64,000 bases of DNA, taken from NCBI GenBank assembly GCA_032161105.1, contig JAVHTD010000001.1. One strand, given 5' to 3'. This stretch comes from Candidatus Thermosaccharophagus tengchongensis (GTDB lineage: Bacteria > Armatimonadota > Fervidibacteria > Fervidibacterales > Thermosaccharophagaceae). Below the pieces are notes generated by a model that searched no databases, had not been told where the DNA came from, and saw nothing but the letters and a program-made list of their open reading frames with translations. Below, piece by piece: positions 10,601 through 19,500 of the stretch. Positions within the stretch are counted from its first letter, which is position 1. Each line of letters starts with the position of its first letter. The position numbers were made by a program, and so were the translations under genes.

Positions 10601-11154
10601 TCAATGAAAAATTGCTTGCAAGACTCTCCAACTCTCCCAGCGGACTTGAAACCTATTGCCCTTATTTTGCCACCCAACCTTGTAAAGTTACGGAAGTGCA
10701 GGATTGGTAACCGGACAAGAAACCAGCCATCTTCCTCAGCTTCCTGGTCAATTGAGAAGTAACAATCTGCATCACCCATCACAGTTGAGATGTGAACATT
10801 AAAGTTTAACCCTTTCTCCCCCTCCGCAATCTTAAGCCAAAATTTTAAAAAAGTGTGATTCCATGGCAAACTTTCAAACAACCCGAAATCGGCTCCAATC
10901 ACTGCACCGCTGAGCGGCTCTGGCGCTATGACTTTTAGAGAATTTCCCCCAACTTTGGCGAATTTATCGGTAATCTCTCCCTTGCCACCCCTCCCCCAAC
11001 CCCATATCTGCACACGTCTCGGCACACCTTGGTCATCAAAAAGCAATATCAAGTCCTCTTTTATGCGAATTTCGTGGGATATGGATTTGGATATAAACCC
11101 AACGAGCAGGAGCAAAATCGCCAAACTTTTTGCGCCGTGGCAATAAATCCTCAT
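7624..11154 (-). CDS. Multidomain GH5-like glycoside hydrolase with CBM-like, FlgD-Ig-like and discoidin-like domains
   Basis: Signal peptide; GKHSIQWNG (FlgD-Ig); LIDG..WFEITLP..LSEFQVF (discoidin); GINCVRL, IFEFHD, FEVPWNEP, VRTEGH. Confidence 0.75.
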   Translation of the reverse strand: MRIYCHGAKSLAILLLLVGFISKSISHEIRIKEDLILLFDDQGVPRRVQIWGWGRGGKGEITDKFAKVGGNSLKVIAPEPLSGAVIGADFGLFESLPWNHTFLKFWLKIAEGEKGLNFNVHISTVMGDADCYFSIDQEAEEDGWFLVRLPILHFRNFTRLGGKIRAIGFKSAGRVGESCKQFFIDGVAFEVAKESITSAKFSPKASVKVDRQRLVAGSSLQLTLDLEEQCGVFARIISEKGAVGRVLFRNDSLGVGKHSIQWNGLGDEIREPWGALRWERVDRAFLPDGKYVLLVTVYRTSKESINAVDKAFEVTLYGFGDEREIRIYHKPPGMWMHASKIALSDPIKMIKTITLKQELNPRAFGSLFPDAFIVRCEGVDFTEDGIVLGKTSPKNIALNAEVKVCAEEVPNATWGGWRGLIDGSDAWWMTPQNYPQDKPIWFEITLPKDALVAKVMVKQAHGVEERSRIKKLTLRFDDGSETTLSLPKDTACHWFYIEPPKKTRKIFGEAREFWGERRGRCGLSEFQVFEAATYNFGYFITNDIMPIGAIRWSRFAGIHKGNGLIRWEYSLDHGESWHPIPTGGDMSKIPIKWGVIRFKCTIGGNVTVNGFEFSWQYDPKRPLARALDKKTCALSVKDGKFYDMSGKRIRLFGWWYSPPLELKGRTHIDFNEWLAEREREIAAFAYYGINCVRLGVPGTLYLPDGEDAFPDSPKYWEIMAKNGYCPLFPKMVDELINLLARYGIYTIFEFHDNPPWGYFSPIPISGAKTHPQDYPKAFEFARHRISKLWQWVAKHFKGNPFIVGFEVPWNEPLIGQRPWAIKTREDSRKYDQIYRELVEGCVKAIKSEDPQRICILGPNGWNSIRNDDPWIAPSSYWLFPKGIDAFHYHDYPQHRIVQEGTLCEWYAYPRASRIPLVRTEGHCFYFFWNKHDLEPGWGERGVDSILAQEFAMGIEGTVGWGHGGGEREIFGIGFARYHAWCRFWQQVNPRREAEVAIVMASEKRHNRDLPPHPVVEALLGLHVVPFDFLFDECILVKPNWMKRYKALILFAEGLPEEVINAAKAGEIPCFEFDRGKKDVVEKLALFLQKNGVTVDQKSPPNILIAYGDSGVVFYERKGKGGSYRIFLNLRHRGKIKLVDECTDEILYEGDSEKLGENGVKIGIEPFRAKLIRIIAP

Positions 11155-11240
11155 GTGTATCACCCCGCTTGACAAGTCACTTATTTCCGTCAGAATCGTT
11201 CGCTAAAATTGCCATATTTTCGGGCATCAGGCCCAAGCTG

Positions 11241-12224
11241 TCACATCTTTCGCCTTTTGTGCCTATTTGATGGCATTTTGCATATTGCCAAGCCGATTCG
11301 TTCAGTCGCTCCAGTCCACCCATCCCTTGCATTGTAAAACATCCAAATTTCGCTTCCGACAACTTTGCAATCCAGTTGGTAGACATGGCTTTTCTTCCAA
11401 CCTTCCCCTGTGGGTGCCATTATCGGGTTTTGTGGCGCATCAAACCATTTTATGCCATCCTTGGAGAGCAAAACATGGATTGCGGAATGACTGTGCAAAT
11501 CCTCGCCCCAGTAGATGCCGTTGTTGAATCCGACAAAAATTTCGCCCAACTTGTAAACCTTCATTGCGCCTGCACCAAGGTTACGCCACCTGTCCGAAAG
11601 ACTGGGATAGATGATGGGATGCATGTGTTTTTCATAAGGACCGAGCAATTGTTTTGACCGTGCAAGGCACACAAATGACGGCTCTTCATATTCCGTATCG
11701 GGCAAGATGATGTAGCCGCCGCTGTAGTAAAGCCAATATTCGCCGTCCACTTTGAGAATGCAAGGGTTTCGCACATAAGGCTCGCCGTAAATTCCTCTTT
11801 CCCACTCCTTTTCCCCAACAAGTATGATTTTCCTTTCGCTCCAGCTTTGCAGGTCTTTTGACGAGCGGCATGCAATTGCCGTTTCCCTTTGCCTGCCGAC
11901 GCCGACTTGATAGAATAGCCAAAATGTGCCGTCATCTTTGAAAAGGAACGGCGAATATCCTTCTTGGAGAGCCAAGCCTTGATAAATCCACTTAAAGCCG
12001 TCATCCGAAATAAAGTGCTTTATTCCCCTCCCTGAGCAAAATAAGTGCCATTTTCCGTCTGGGCTTTCCTTTGCAGTCACAACGGTTGGGTCTGCCACCC
12101 AATCGCCCTTTTCTGGCGCTTCTATGAGTGGATTTTGGGGTAAATCAACCCATTGAAAAAGCCAAGCATATTCGCCAGCCAGCTTACTGTCAACCCTCAG
12201 CCGCTCAAACTTCGTGCCAACCAC
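11241..12224 (-). CDS. Five-bladed beta-propeller glycosidase (GH43/GH32/GH130-like)
   Basis: NPLI..ADPTV, YSPFLF, RNPCILK, YWLYYSG and WMFYNA blade repeats. Confidence 0.75.
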   Translation of the reverse strand: MVGTKFERLRVDSKLAGEYAWLFQWVDLPQNPLIEAPEKGDWVADPTVVTAKESPDGKWHLFCSGRGIKHFISDDGFKWIYQGLALQEGYSPFLFKDDGTFWLFYQVGVGRQRETAIACRSSKDLQSWSERKIILVGEKEWERGIYGEPYVRNPCILKVDGEYWLYYSGGYIILPDTEYEEPSFVCLARSKQLLGPYEKHMHPIIYPSLSDRWRNLGAGAMKVYKLGEIFVGFNNGIYWGEDLHSHSAIHVLLSKDGIKWFDAPQNPIMAPTGEGWKKSHVYQLDCKVVGSEIWMFYNARDGWTGATERIGLAICKMPSNRHKRRKM

Positions 12225-12278
12225 CCCACTACAAAGCGCAGCATTCCCTGATTTTTAATGCCATTTTCGTGGCTTGCT

Positions 12279-12390
12279 GCAGGCGAAGCAACCCGCCTGT
12301 GGGACATGGCATCCTTGTTTTCACGCTACCCCCCGCTCGCTTTATGGCTTACAAACGCGGTGATATGGGCGAGCGAAATGCTCGCCTTTT
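12279..12390. repeat. Hairpin pair downstream of the oxidoreductase (degenerate REP or terminator)
   Basis: GGCGAGC-GAAAT-GCTCGCC at 12368-12386 and CAGGCG..CGCCTG at ~12280-12299. Confidence 0.45.
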
Positions 12391-13660
12391 ATTGAACTGG
12401 AATCCCGGGAATTGGCACAACTCCCTCTGGCGGTATTTCAACGGTGCCCCGCTCAAAGTCCTCTGGTGTTGGCTTCATCCGCCAATCATAAAACTGCGGA
12501 TTTTTCTTCGGATCAACCATAATTTCTGTCCATGTGACCATTCGCCCAGTGTAAGCTGATAGGCGTCCCATAACAGCTGCTGCCGTTGACAGTGCAAGCC
12601 CACGCAACTGGTTGAATGGTTTACCCTTGAGCAAGTGATAAAGCAGATGCACATGCTCTTGAACATACGGGCTTTTTGCCCTCGGGACATCCGGCGGTAT
12701 CGGTGAGTTTTGTGGCTTTGGAAAATCGGCGCCATTCGTGCGTCCCTTCTCGTAGACGAAGTCATGCCCAACCCAATTCCAACAGCCAGAGATGTGGCGA
12801 CACATCGCATGGATATGAATTCCATCGCCAAAATCGTAATCAATGCTGAAGAAGTCATACTGGTCGCCAGCTGGGCGGCGCGCACGAAAACCAAAGGCAA
12901 CAGCGCTCACTGGTGGTCGCCCAACAAACCAGCAAGCGACATCAATTTGGTGGACAAGGTCGGCTAAGAGTGCCCTCTCACCGCAAAGGCAATTCCAATC
13001 TTTCCATGTGCGAATTAAGTCATCGGCGGTCTTCGGATTGACTGGTTTTGTTGAACCCTCATGCCCCCCGCAGTGACCAACGCGCCCCGCATAAAGCCGC
13101 CCCAATGCACCTTCAACTGCGACAGCTTGATGCGTGAGAATATAATTCCAGTCATGGCGAAGTTGTGTCCCGACGGCGACTACCAAGCCCTTTTTCTCAG
13201 CCTCCTCGGCTGCAGCAAGCGCGCGGCGACAACCAGGCGGGTCAATTGCGATTGGCTTCTCAATGAAAATGTGTTTGCCAGCGTTGACGGCTGCTTCAAC
13301 AAAGAATGGATGAAATGCATGTGCAGCAGCAATTAGGACAATATCCGCGTCAGTTTCTAAAACCGCACGATATGCCGTTGGACCTCCAAAGCACCTTTCC
13401 TCCGAAACGCCATACTGCTGCCCAGCCCTAAGCGCCCTCTCTCTGAACCAATCGCCAAATGCGACCATTTTTACCTCAACACCCAAAAGCTTTGCAGCCT
13501 CATGGGCATCCCTTACAGCACCCATCCCGCGCCCGCCACAACCTATTAAGGCAAGCCTAAATGTTTTGGGTTGGCGCGCAACTAAAATGGTGGGAATGCT
13601 CAATGCTGCGCCAGTCGTTACCTTGAGGAAGTCCCTGCGATTTACCTTCGCTTCGTTCAT
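12389..13660 (-). CDS. Tat-exported Gfo/Idh/MocA family oxidoreductase (GH109/GH177-like candidate)
   Basis: NRRDFLK twin-arginine motif; GCGGRG; FIEKP; VGTQLRH; VHQIDV. SD GGAGGTGA. Confidence 0.9.
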   Translation of the reverse strand: MNEAKVNRRDFLKVTTGAALSIPTILVARQPKTFRLALIGCGGRGMGAVRDAHEAAKLLGVEVKMVAFGDWFRERALRAGQQYGVSEERCFGGPTAYRAVLETDADIVLIAAAHAFHPFFVEAAVNAGKHIFIEKPIAIDPPGCRRALAAAEEAEKKGLVVAVGTQLRHDWNYILTHQAVAVEGALGRLYAGRVGHCGGHEGSTKPVNPKTADDLIRTWKDWNCLCGERALLADLVHQIDVACWFVGRPPVSAVAFGFRARRPAGDQYDFFSIDYDFGDGIHIHAMCRHISGCWNWVGHDFVYEKGRTNGADFPKPQNSPIPPDVPRAKSPYVQEHVHLLYHLLKGKPFNQLRGLALSTAAAVMGRLSAYTGRMVTWTEIMVDPKKNPQFYDWRMKPTPEDFERGTVEIPPEGVVPIPGIPVQ

Positions 13661-13914
13661 CACACTCACCTCCACAGTGAGGTTTAGGGATGGCTATAAA
13701 CCACCCCTTCCTTTGACGCTTTCGGTCGGCGGGCTGTTAGCCGCTCATACAAAAGTTTGCATGGTAGCGCAGCCATTGTAACAGTATAGCTTTGCAGTTA
13801 ACCGCGAAGTGCCATTGGAAAGGCATTTTTCACTTTTTTCATTTGATGGCATTTCGTATCCACTGCACCCTTCGTTGTGAGCTCCAATTGTTTGGCGTTG
13901 GGCATTTTGTGCCT

Positions 13915-16518
13915 TTAACGCAGCGATGATTTTTCCTTCGGCGCAATAGTGATTTCGGCAATAGGACGAGTTTGATTTGGAGCATCTCCAGTTGGCAAAT
14001 ACCACATTACCCTTGCCTGTTTCTTGATGGCGATAGCATTGATTTCCGTGTATGCGAAAAACTCCGTCTCCCACTCATGCCAGCCATCACCATGGATGAA
14101 CATCGGGATGACAAAGGCGTCGGTGAAGAAATAGTCTTGCCCAGCCCACTTTCCGAACTCTTCATCAGGTGGATGTATTTTCCCATCGCTATCAACCCAA
14201 TGCAAAGTTTGAGGCGGTGCTAAGCTGCCGTCGCTGTAAACCTTTAACCGCAAGCGATACTCTCCCTTGGGCAACGCTTTGGGCAACGGGAAGATGTAAA
14301 AGTCGCCAACTTTAGCCTCTGGTGGCAGGGAACGAGCAAAGACAGTTTTGCCAGTTTCGTCCTTTAGCGTCACCATTGCCCCACCCTTTGCCTGCTGTGC
14401 TGTGACGGTGATGCCCTTAAACGGTGGTGCAGGGACTGATGGTGGCGGCGGATTTTCGCTACTCAACGCCTTTGCCACCGGCGCCCACCACTCAGCCATT
14501 AATGCGTCATCGGGAGCGTTTGCCATCCAAAGCAGAAAGCCAATTTTTCGTGGTTCATTCAAAAGCCAATGCTGAAACGCAAACCACCAAGCTTCTGGAA
14601 TGGCAACATGAGGACCTGATCCGGGCACTGTGCCGACTTCGTCAAAGAAAATTGGAATATCCCATTTGTCCATCAGGTTGCGAACATATTCTTGCCCCGG
14701 CTCTTTTGGCTTCCATTCGCGAAAAACAGGATGCATGCCCCAAATGACTTGCTGGATTGGGTCAGGTCTAAACTCAATCGGTGACCACATCCGCTCAGTC
14801 ACATACCAGTAAATGCCATAATCATGGACCAAAACCGGGTGGCGATCGCCCATGTTTCGGAACATGTTAATCAGGTCTTGGTACCAGCGTCGGAGTGTGG
14901 AAGCATGCAATTCTCGTATCTTTCCAGCGTGTGCTCCTGGGTCAATTCGCCCTTCTTTTGCGGCGCGGCGGACGACCTCGGGGAAGAAGCCAGGTTCGTT
15001 GGTCAATTGGTAAATGGCAACATAAGGTTCGTCGCGAAAGCGCTGTGAAACGGCTCGCCAAAATCCCATTCCCCAGCCCCAAAGCCATTTGTAATCGCCA
15101 AAGGCATGCAAATCTAAGACGACATAAACGCCAGCCCTTTTTGCCCGTTCCACTTCTGGCACAATGATGCGTTCCACATATTCAGTGGGGTCAGGATAGC
15201 GCATCACCACTGGCACCATCCCACCGCCAACTCCACCTCCGATATAATTTTCCAGCAAATCTTCATCGGAAGATGGGTAGCCTGCGACTGCCAGGCGAAT
15301 GGCATTCATGCCCAGCCTGCGGAAATGACGGGCATAATGCTCCAAAGTCCCGCATTGGCGCATCATCACCGAGTTGCCCCACTGCCCTTGGTTGCCTGTC
15401 AACCACGCTGTGCCCATCAAAACATATGGATTTCCGTCGTCAGCGACAATGTATTTTCCTTGCACTCTCAACCAAAGGTTCTTGAGAGAGCGCTGCTTTG
15501 GCTTTGGGAATTTTGATTCGGGCAAGGTCGCACGCCCAATAAGGCGTGGCTTTTGAGGGTCACTCACATCCACGATGGCAACCCCACGAGAGCCATTTGC
15601 AACGAAAGCCACTTTATCCTTAACTGTCACATCGTAGCAATTGCCTTCCAAAGGAAGGTGGCTTACGAATTTGGGTTCTTTTGGATTGCTGGCATCGTAA
15701 ATCCGCAAGCCAGCAGGGGTTATTCCGACGGCGACAAAATGGCGTTCGTCAATTGGGACAGCCTTGTGGGTGCGTTTTAGTTGGCGCGCATCGGGTATGC
15801 CAGCCACAAAATTCACTGTCGGCAGCTCGCCGATCAATTCGGGTTTACTCGTGTTAGAGATATCCACCAGACGAGTTGTATAGGTGTCGCCAACTAAAGC
15901 CAAGTTTTTGCCCATAAGCGAAACGCCATAAGGACCAAAACGAGCGCCAAAATCGCATCGCCCTAAAACTTTCAAATTCACCCCGTCAATGCACCAAAGG
16001 CGTGCAGGTTCGTAACTTGCGGCTAAAACCAACCCTTCTGCAGCGGAGACGCCAAATGCCCAGCCCACATCAATGCGTTGCACTAACTTTGGTTCCGTCG
16101 GCTTTGAGACATCCAAGACTGCGATGCCTTTATCGTAATTGGCGATGAAGGCGAAAGGACCCCTCAAAGCGACACCGCAAGCAGGAGAATCCAACTCAGC
16201 TCTCCCGACGACCTTTGGCGCTTTAGGGTCAGTGATGTCAACGATGCAAAGCCCGCGATGGTAAAGGGTCACAAATGCCATTCGGTCACGAATTGCCACG
16301 CCGCATGCACCCTCTTCGGGCAGAAAGGCAACAAGAGACGGATTTTGCAAGTTGGAACGGGCATCAAAGAGGAAAATTCCCGACCCCGAAGGTGCAACGA
16401 GAATTCCTCTTTCGTCCACTGCCACCTCCATCACGCCACCTGTGAGACGAACTTCCTCAGCAAGTAAACTTGCAGCAAGTAGGGTTGAGAGAGAAACCGT
16501 CGCCGCTACACGCCACAT
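13915..16518 (-). CDS. LVIVD-repeat beta-propeller fused to a GH5-like catalytic domain
   Basis: Repeats such as GLCIVDITDP, GIAVLDVSKP and GVAIVDVSDP; GMNAIRL, VVLDLH, LTNEP, FFDEVG. Confidence 0.8.
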   Translation of the reverse strand: MWRVAATVSLSTLLAASLLAEEVRLTGGVMEVAVDERGILVAPSGSGIFLFDARSNLQNPSLVAFLPEEGACGVAIRDRMAFVTLYHRGLCIVDITDPKAPKVVGRAELDSPACGVALRGPFAFIANYDKGIAVLDVSKPTEPKLVQRIDVGWAFGVSAAEGLVLAASYEPARLWCIDGVNLKVLGRCDFGARFGPYGVSLMGKNLALVGDTYTTRLVDISNTSKPELIGELPTVNFVAGIPDARQLKRTHKAVPIDERHFVAVGITPAGLRIYDASNPKEPKFVSHLPLEGNCYDVTVKDKVAFVANGSRGVAIVDVSDPQKPRLIGRATLPESKFPKPKQRSLKNLWLRVQGKYIVADDGNPYVLMGTAWLTGNQGQWGNSVMMRQCGTLEHYARHFRRLGMNAIRLAVAGYPSSDEDLLENYIGGGVGGGMVPVVMRYPDPTEYVERIIVPEVERAKRAGVYVVLDLHAFGDYKWLWGWGMGFWRAVSQRFRDEPYVAIYQLTNEPGFFPEVVRRAAKEGRIDPGAHAGKIRELHASTLRRWYQDLINMFRNMGDRHPVLVHDYGIYWYVTERMWSPIEFRPDPIQQVIWGMHPVFREWKPKEPGQEYVRNLMDKWDIPIFFDEVGTVPGSGPHVAIPEAWWFAFQHWLLNEPRKIGFLLWMANAPDDALMAEWWAPVAKALSSENPPPPSVPAPPFKGITVTAQQAKGGAMVTLKDETGKTVFARSLPPEAKVGDFYIFPLPKALPKGEYRLRLKVYSDGSLAPPQTLHWVDSDGKIHPPDEEFGKWAGQDYFFTDAFVIPMFIHGDGWHEWETEFFAYTEINAIAIKKQARVMWYLPTGDAPNQTRPIAEITIAPKEKSSLR

Positions 16519-16544
16519 CTTTTCATCACCTCATCATGCCCAAA

Positions 16545-19500
16545 TTATAGCGAGCAAAATGGTGCGGCGCAATAGTTGCCCAAAGAGTGCAGTGTGCGGA
16601 ACTTGAGCGATGCGACTCGCACTGATGCTTCAGTGTGACCAGTGATGACGATGAGCCACCTTTTGTCCCGTTCATCCCATTTTGACAAGATCAAGCCAGA
16701 CCAAGGCTGCCATATGCGCATTTTGCCCTTGCGCCAAAACGACCAACCTTCATGACCGACAAAGTGAATGCCAAACATGTCGGCAACCAACTTCGCCAAT
16801 TCATGATTTTGAGTTGCATCGTCAATGACGACGGCGTTGCCATCAAACGGCGGTTTCGCCCGTTTCACCAATTTCACACTTGCACCAATTTCCCTCAGCG
16901 ATTGAGCCACTATTTGTGCGACATCGGCAAATTGAGGTGAAGCGTAAATCGTCACCTGCTTTAGCCAACCTTTCTTAGCCCACCACTTCAAATCGCCCTT
17001 AGCAGGCACATGAATTTCAAGGGAGCGCTGATTGTCGCACCAAAGGTCAAGGTAATCCCGACCTACACTCCCCGCAAAAGTGATCTTGCCAGCAATGACC
17101 CAAGCGACATCTTTAGGCGCTTGCACCAAGGTTTCTTCCTCACGGAGTCCTATCCTAAGCGCTACGGAGCCGTAAGCGCTTATCAACCTTAAGTCTCCAT
17201 GCTGGTCAACATCAATGACAGAGCACCGTCCCCTCGGGACAGTCAGCCTAACTCTCAACTTGAAAGCGGACGAAGCAAACGGCAAAACTATCTCTCCTTC
17301 AACCCCTCTCCCATCAACCAAAACAACCGTCAAGCCGCCATCGCGTTTGCGGAGCGGATAAACGAGCCGAGTAAGATGGGGCGAAACACTGAAACCTGTC
17401 GGCAGCAAAGTTTTGTATTCGGGCAAAGTCGCAAGTGCCCATTCTGGTCTCGGCTCGCAAAGCGCAGCAACTTTGAAATCCGTCCCTGCTCTCGCTGCAA
17501 TGTCTTTCAATTTCCGCACCAAGTCCCAAGTTTTATCCGACGGCTCTGCACCCTTTGGCACAACCAAGCAAACTACCCCAAACTCTTTACGCCATCGTTC
17601 TGGTTTATCGCCAATCAAGTGCAGCCAACTTTGCAAGTCATGCTCGGATACAATCGTTGAAGGGACGCCACTTTCAAGCAATTGCATGTGAAGGTCTCTC
17701 ATTTCCCTGATGATGGCAGGTGACTGCATCAAACTTTCGGTGTCAGTCAAAATGGCGACGGGTGGCAGCAAGTAGGCGTTCCTGTCAAGATGGCGCAACA
17801 CAAAGTTCCATTTCGCCCAAACTCGGCATGCTTCCCTTTCAGTTCCGTCGTGGCGCATCATGCCCCATTCAGGCGCTTCTGGATGTTGCAGCGGGTTATT
17901 CAGGTAGAAATTGGTGAAGCCCAATGCCTGTTCGCCCAAAACGATATGGAGCATTTGCTCGTAAACTTCGCCCCACTCACGAAGGAACGGGTGCGGCGAA
18001 TTCTCTGCGTTTGGCATTCCCGCCTCGCCAATGATGCAGGGACGCCCATAGGCAAGCGCAAACGGCAGCGTCCAAACACCTTCTCCCAAAGTCGGTTGGT
18101 AGTGATGAGCGTGACTCCAACGCATAAAGTTCAAAAAATGACGAACGCTCCAAATGGGTGACGATGGCGCCCAAGCAAGCCCAATGCCAATTGGCGACTC
18201 AAAACCTTGCCCGTTGAAAATGGCTTGACTCATCCGCTTGCACCACTCAGCGACTCGCTCGGCAAAAAATCGCCGCTCTTCAAAAGTTTTAGCCTCGCGC
18301 CCGTAACCTTCAGGTTCATTGATGAGTTCCCAAGCGACATTGGGGAAATCGGCAAGCCAACTTGCCAAACCGCGCAGGTAGGCTTCTTCTGCTTGCAACC
18401 ACCGTTTGTCAACATAAGGGTCACCTTCGCCCAAACGCTTTCGCCAATAGTGTTCGGGAGAGAAGGTGAAGGGGTCTGTTAAGGCAGCGACATCATGCAG
18501 CGCCAGCAGGATGTGGTTGGCGTCCAAAACTCGCTTTGCCCAGTTGTAACTATCGTTGGCGAAAACCTGCTCATTCAAAATGCGTTCGTAGTAATGTTGG
18601 CGAACGGCATTGCCACCATAAAGGCGAACGAGCGAAATTTCCCTGTCCCAAATGTCGGGCAAAGGATGCTTGCCCAAACGCTGTTCGCTGTCAAAGTAAG
18701 CGCCAATGCCGCGAGGGTCGTTAGTGTAAAGGTTGATCCCCGAAAGCCAACCGACATTTGGCATTTCACGCCTGTAAGGTTTCGCTCTCCTAACCATCGC
18801 CATCGTCCCGTCACTGCGAACCAAAAACATCGTCCGCTCGTGAAACTGCAATTTGCCCTGTGTTTCAGCGGTCAAGATGGCATCGTAAGCCCAATGCGGC
18901 TCAGAGGGAATTCGCCACTGAAAAGCCAAAGTTTGCGGCTCGCCACCCTTGAGTGTGACTTTTTGCTCCGCTTGATGCATAACCTGCCCTGTGTCCCTCT
19001 CTCGTATGAGCAATCGGCAATGAGCAGAGATGTCAATGGGGCAGACAAGTTCGGCGGTGAGTGTTACGGTCTCGTTGGGCAAATAGCAAGGTTGGTCGCT
19101 CATCAAATCGCGGATGGCAATGTAGTCGCGCCTTAATGCCAAACGCACTATGTCAGCAATTGCTGCCTCGGCAAACTCCCAAGCTTTTCTGCTCCAAGGG
19201 TGACTTTCGCCATAAAAGCCCAAAGCGATGATGCGTGCACAGGGATATTGGCGAAAGCGATAGGCGAAAACAAGCGGCAATGCGACAACATCGCCATCAT
19301 CGCTGATTGAAGCCACAATTGGCTCGGCGAGATGTTGAGAGCCATTAACGACAGGAATGATTGCCCATTGACCGCCAGAGAGATGCCAGAGTTTGGGCAA
19401 GTTGGGCAGGAGATCGGGGCGCAAAACGACACAGTAACGCGGCAGTTTTCTGGCTTTGTAGGCTTTGGCAAATGGCAGCAAATTGCGAAATAGCGTCATC

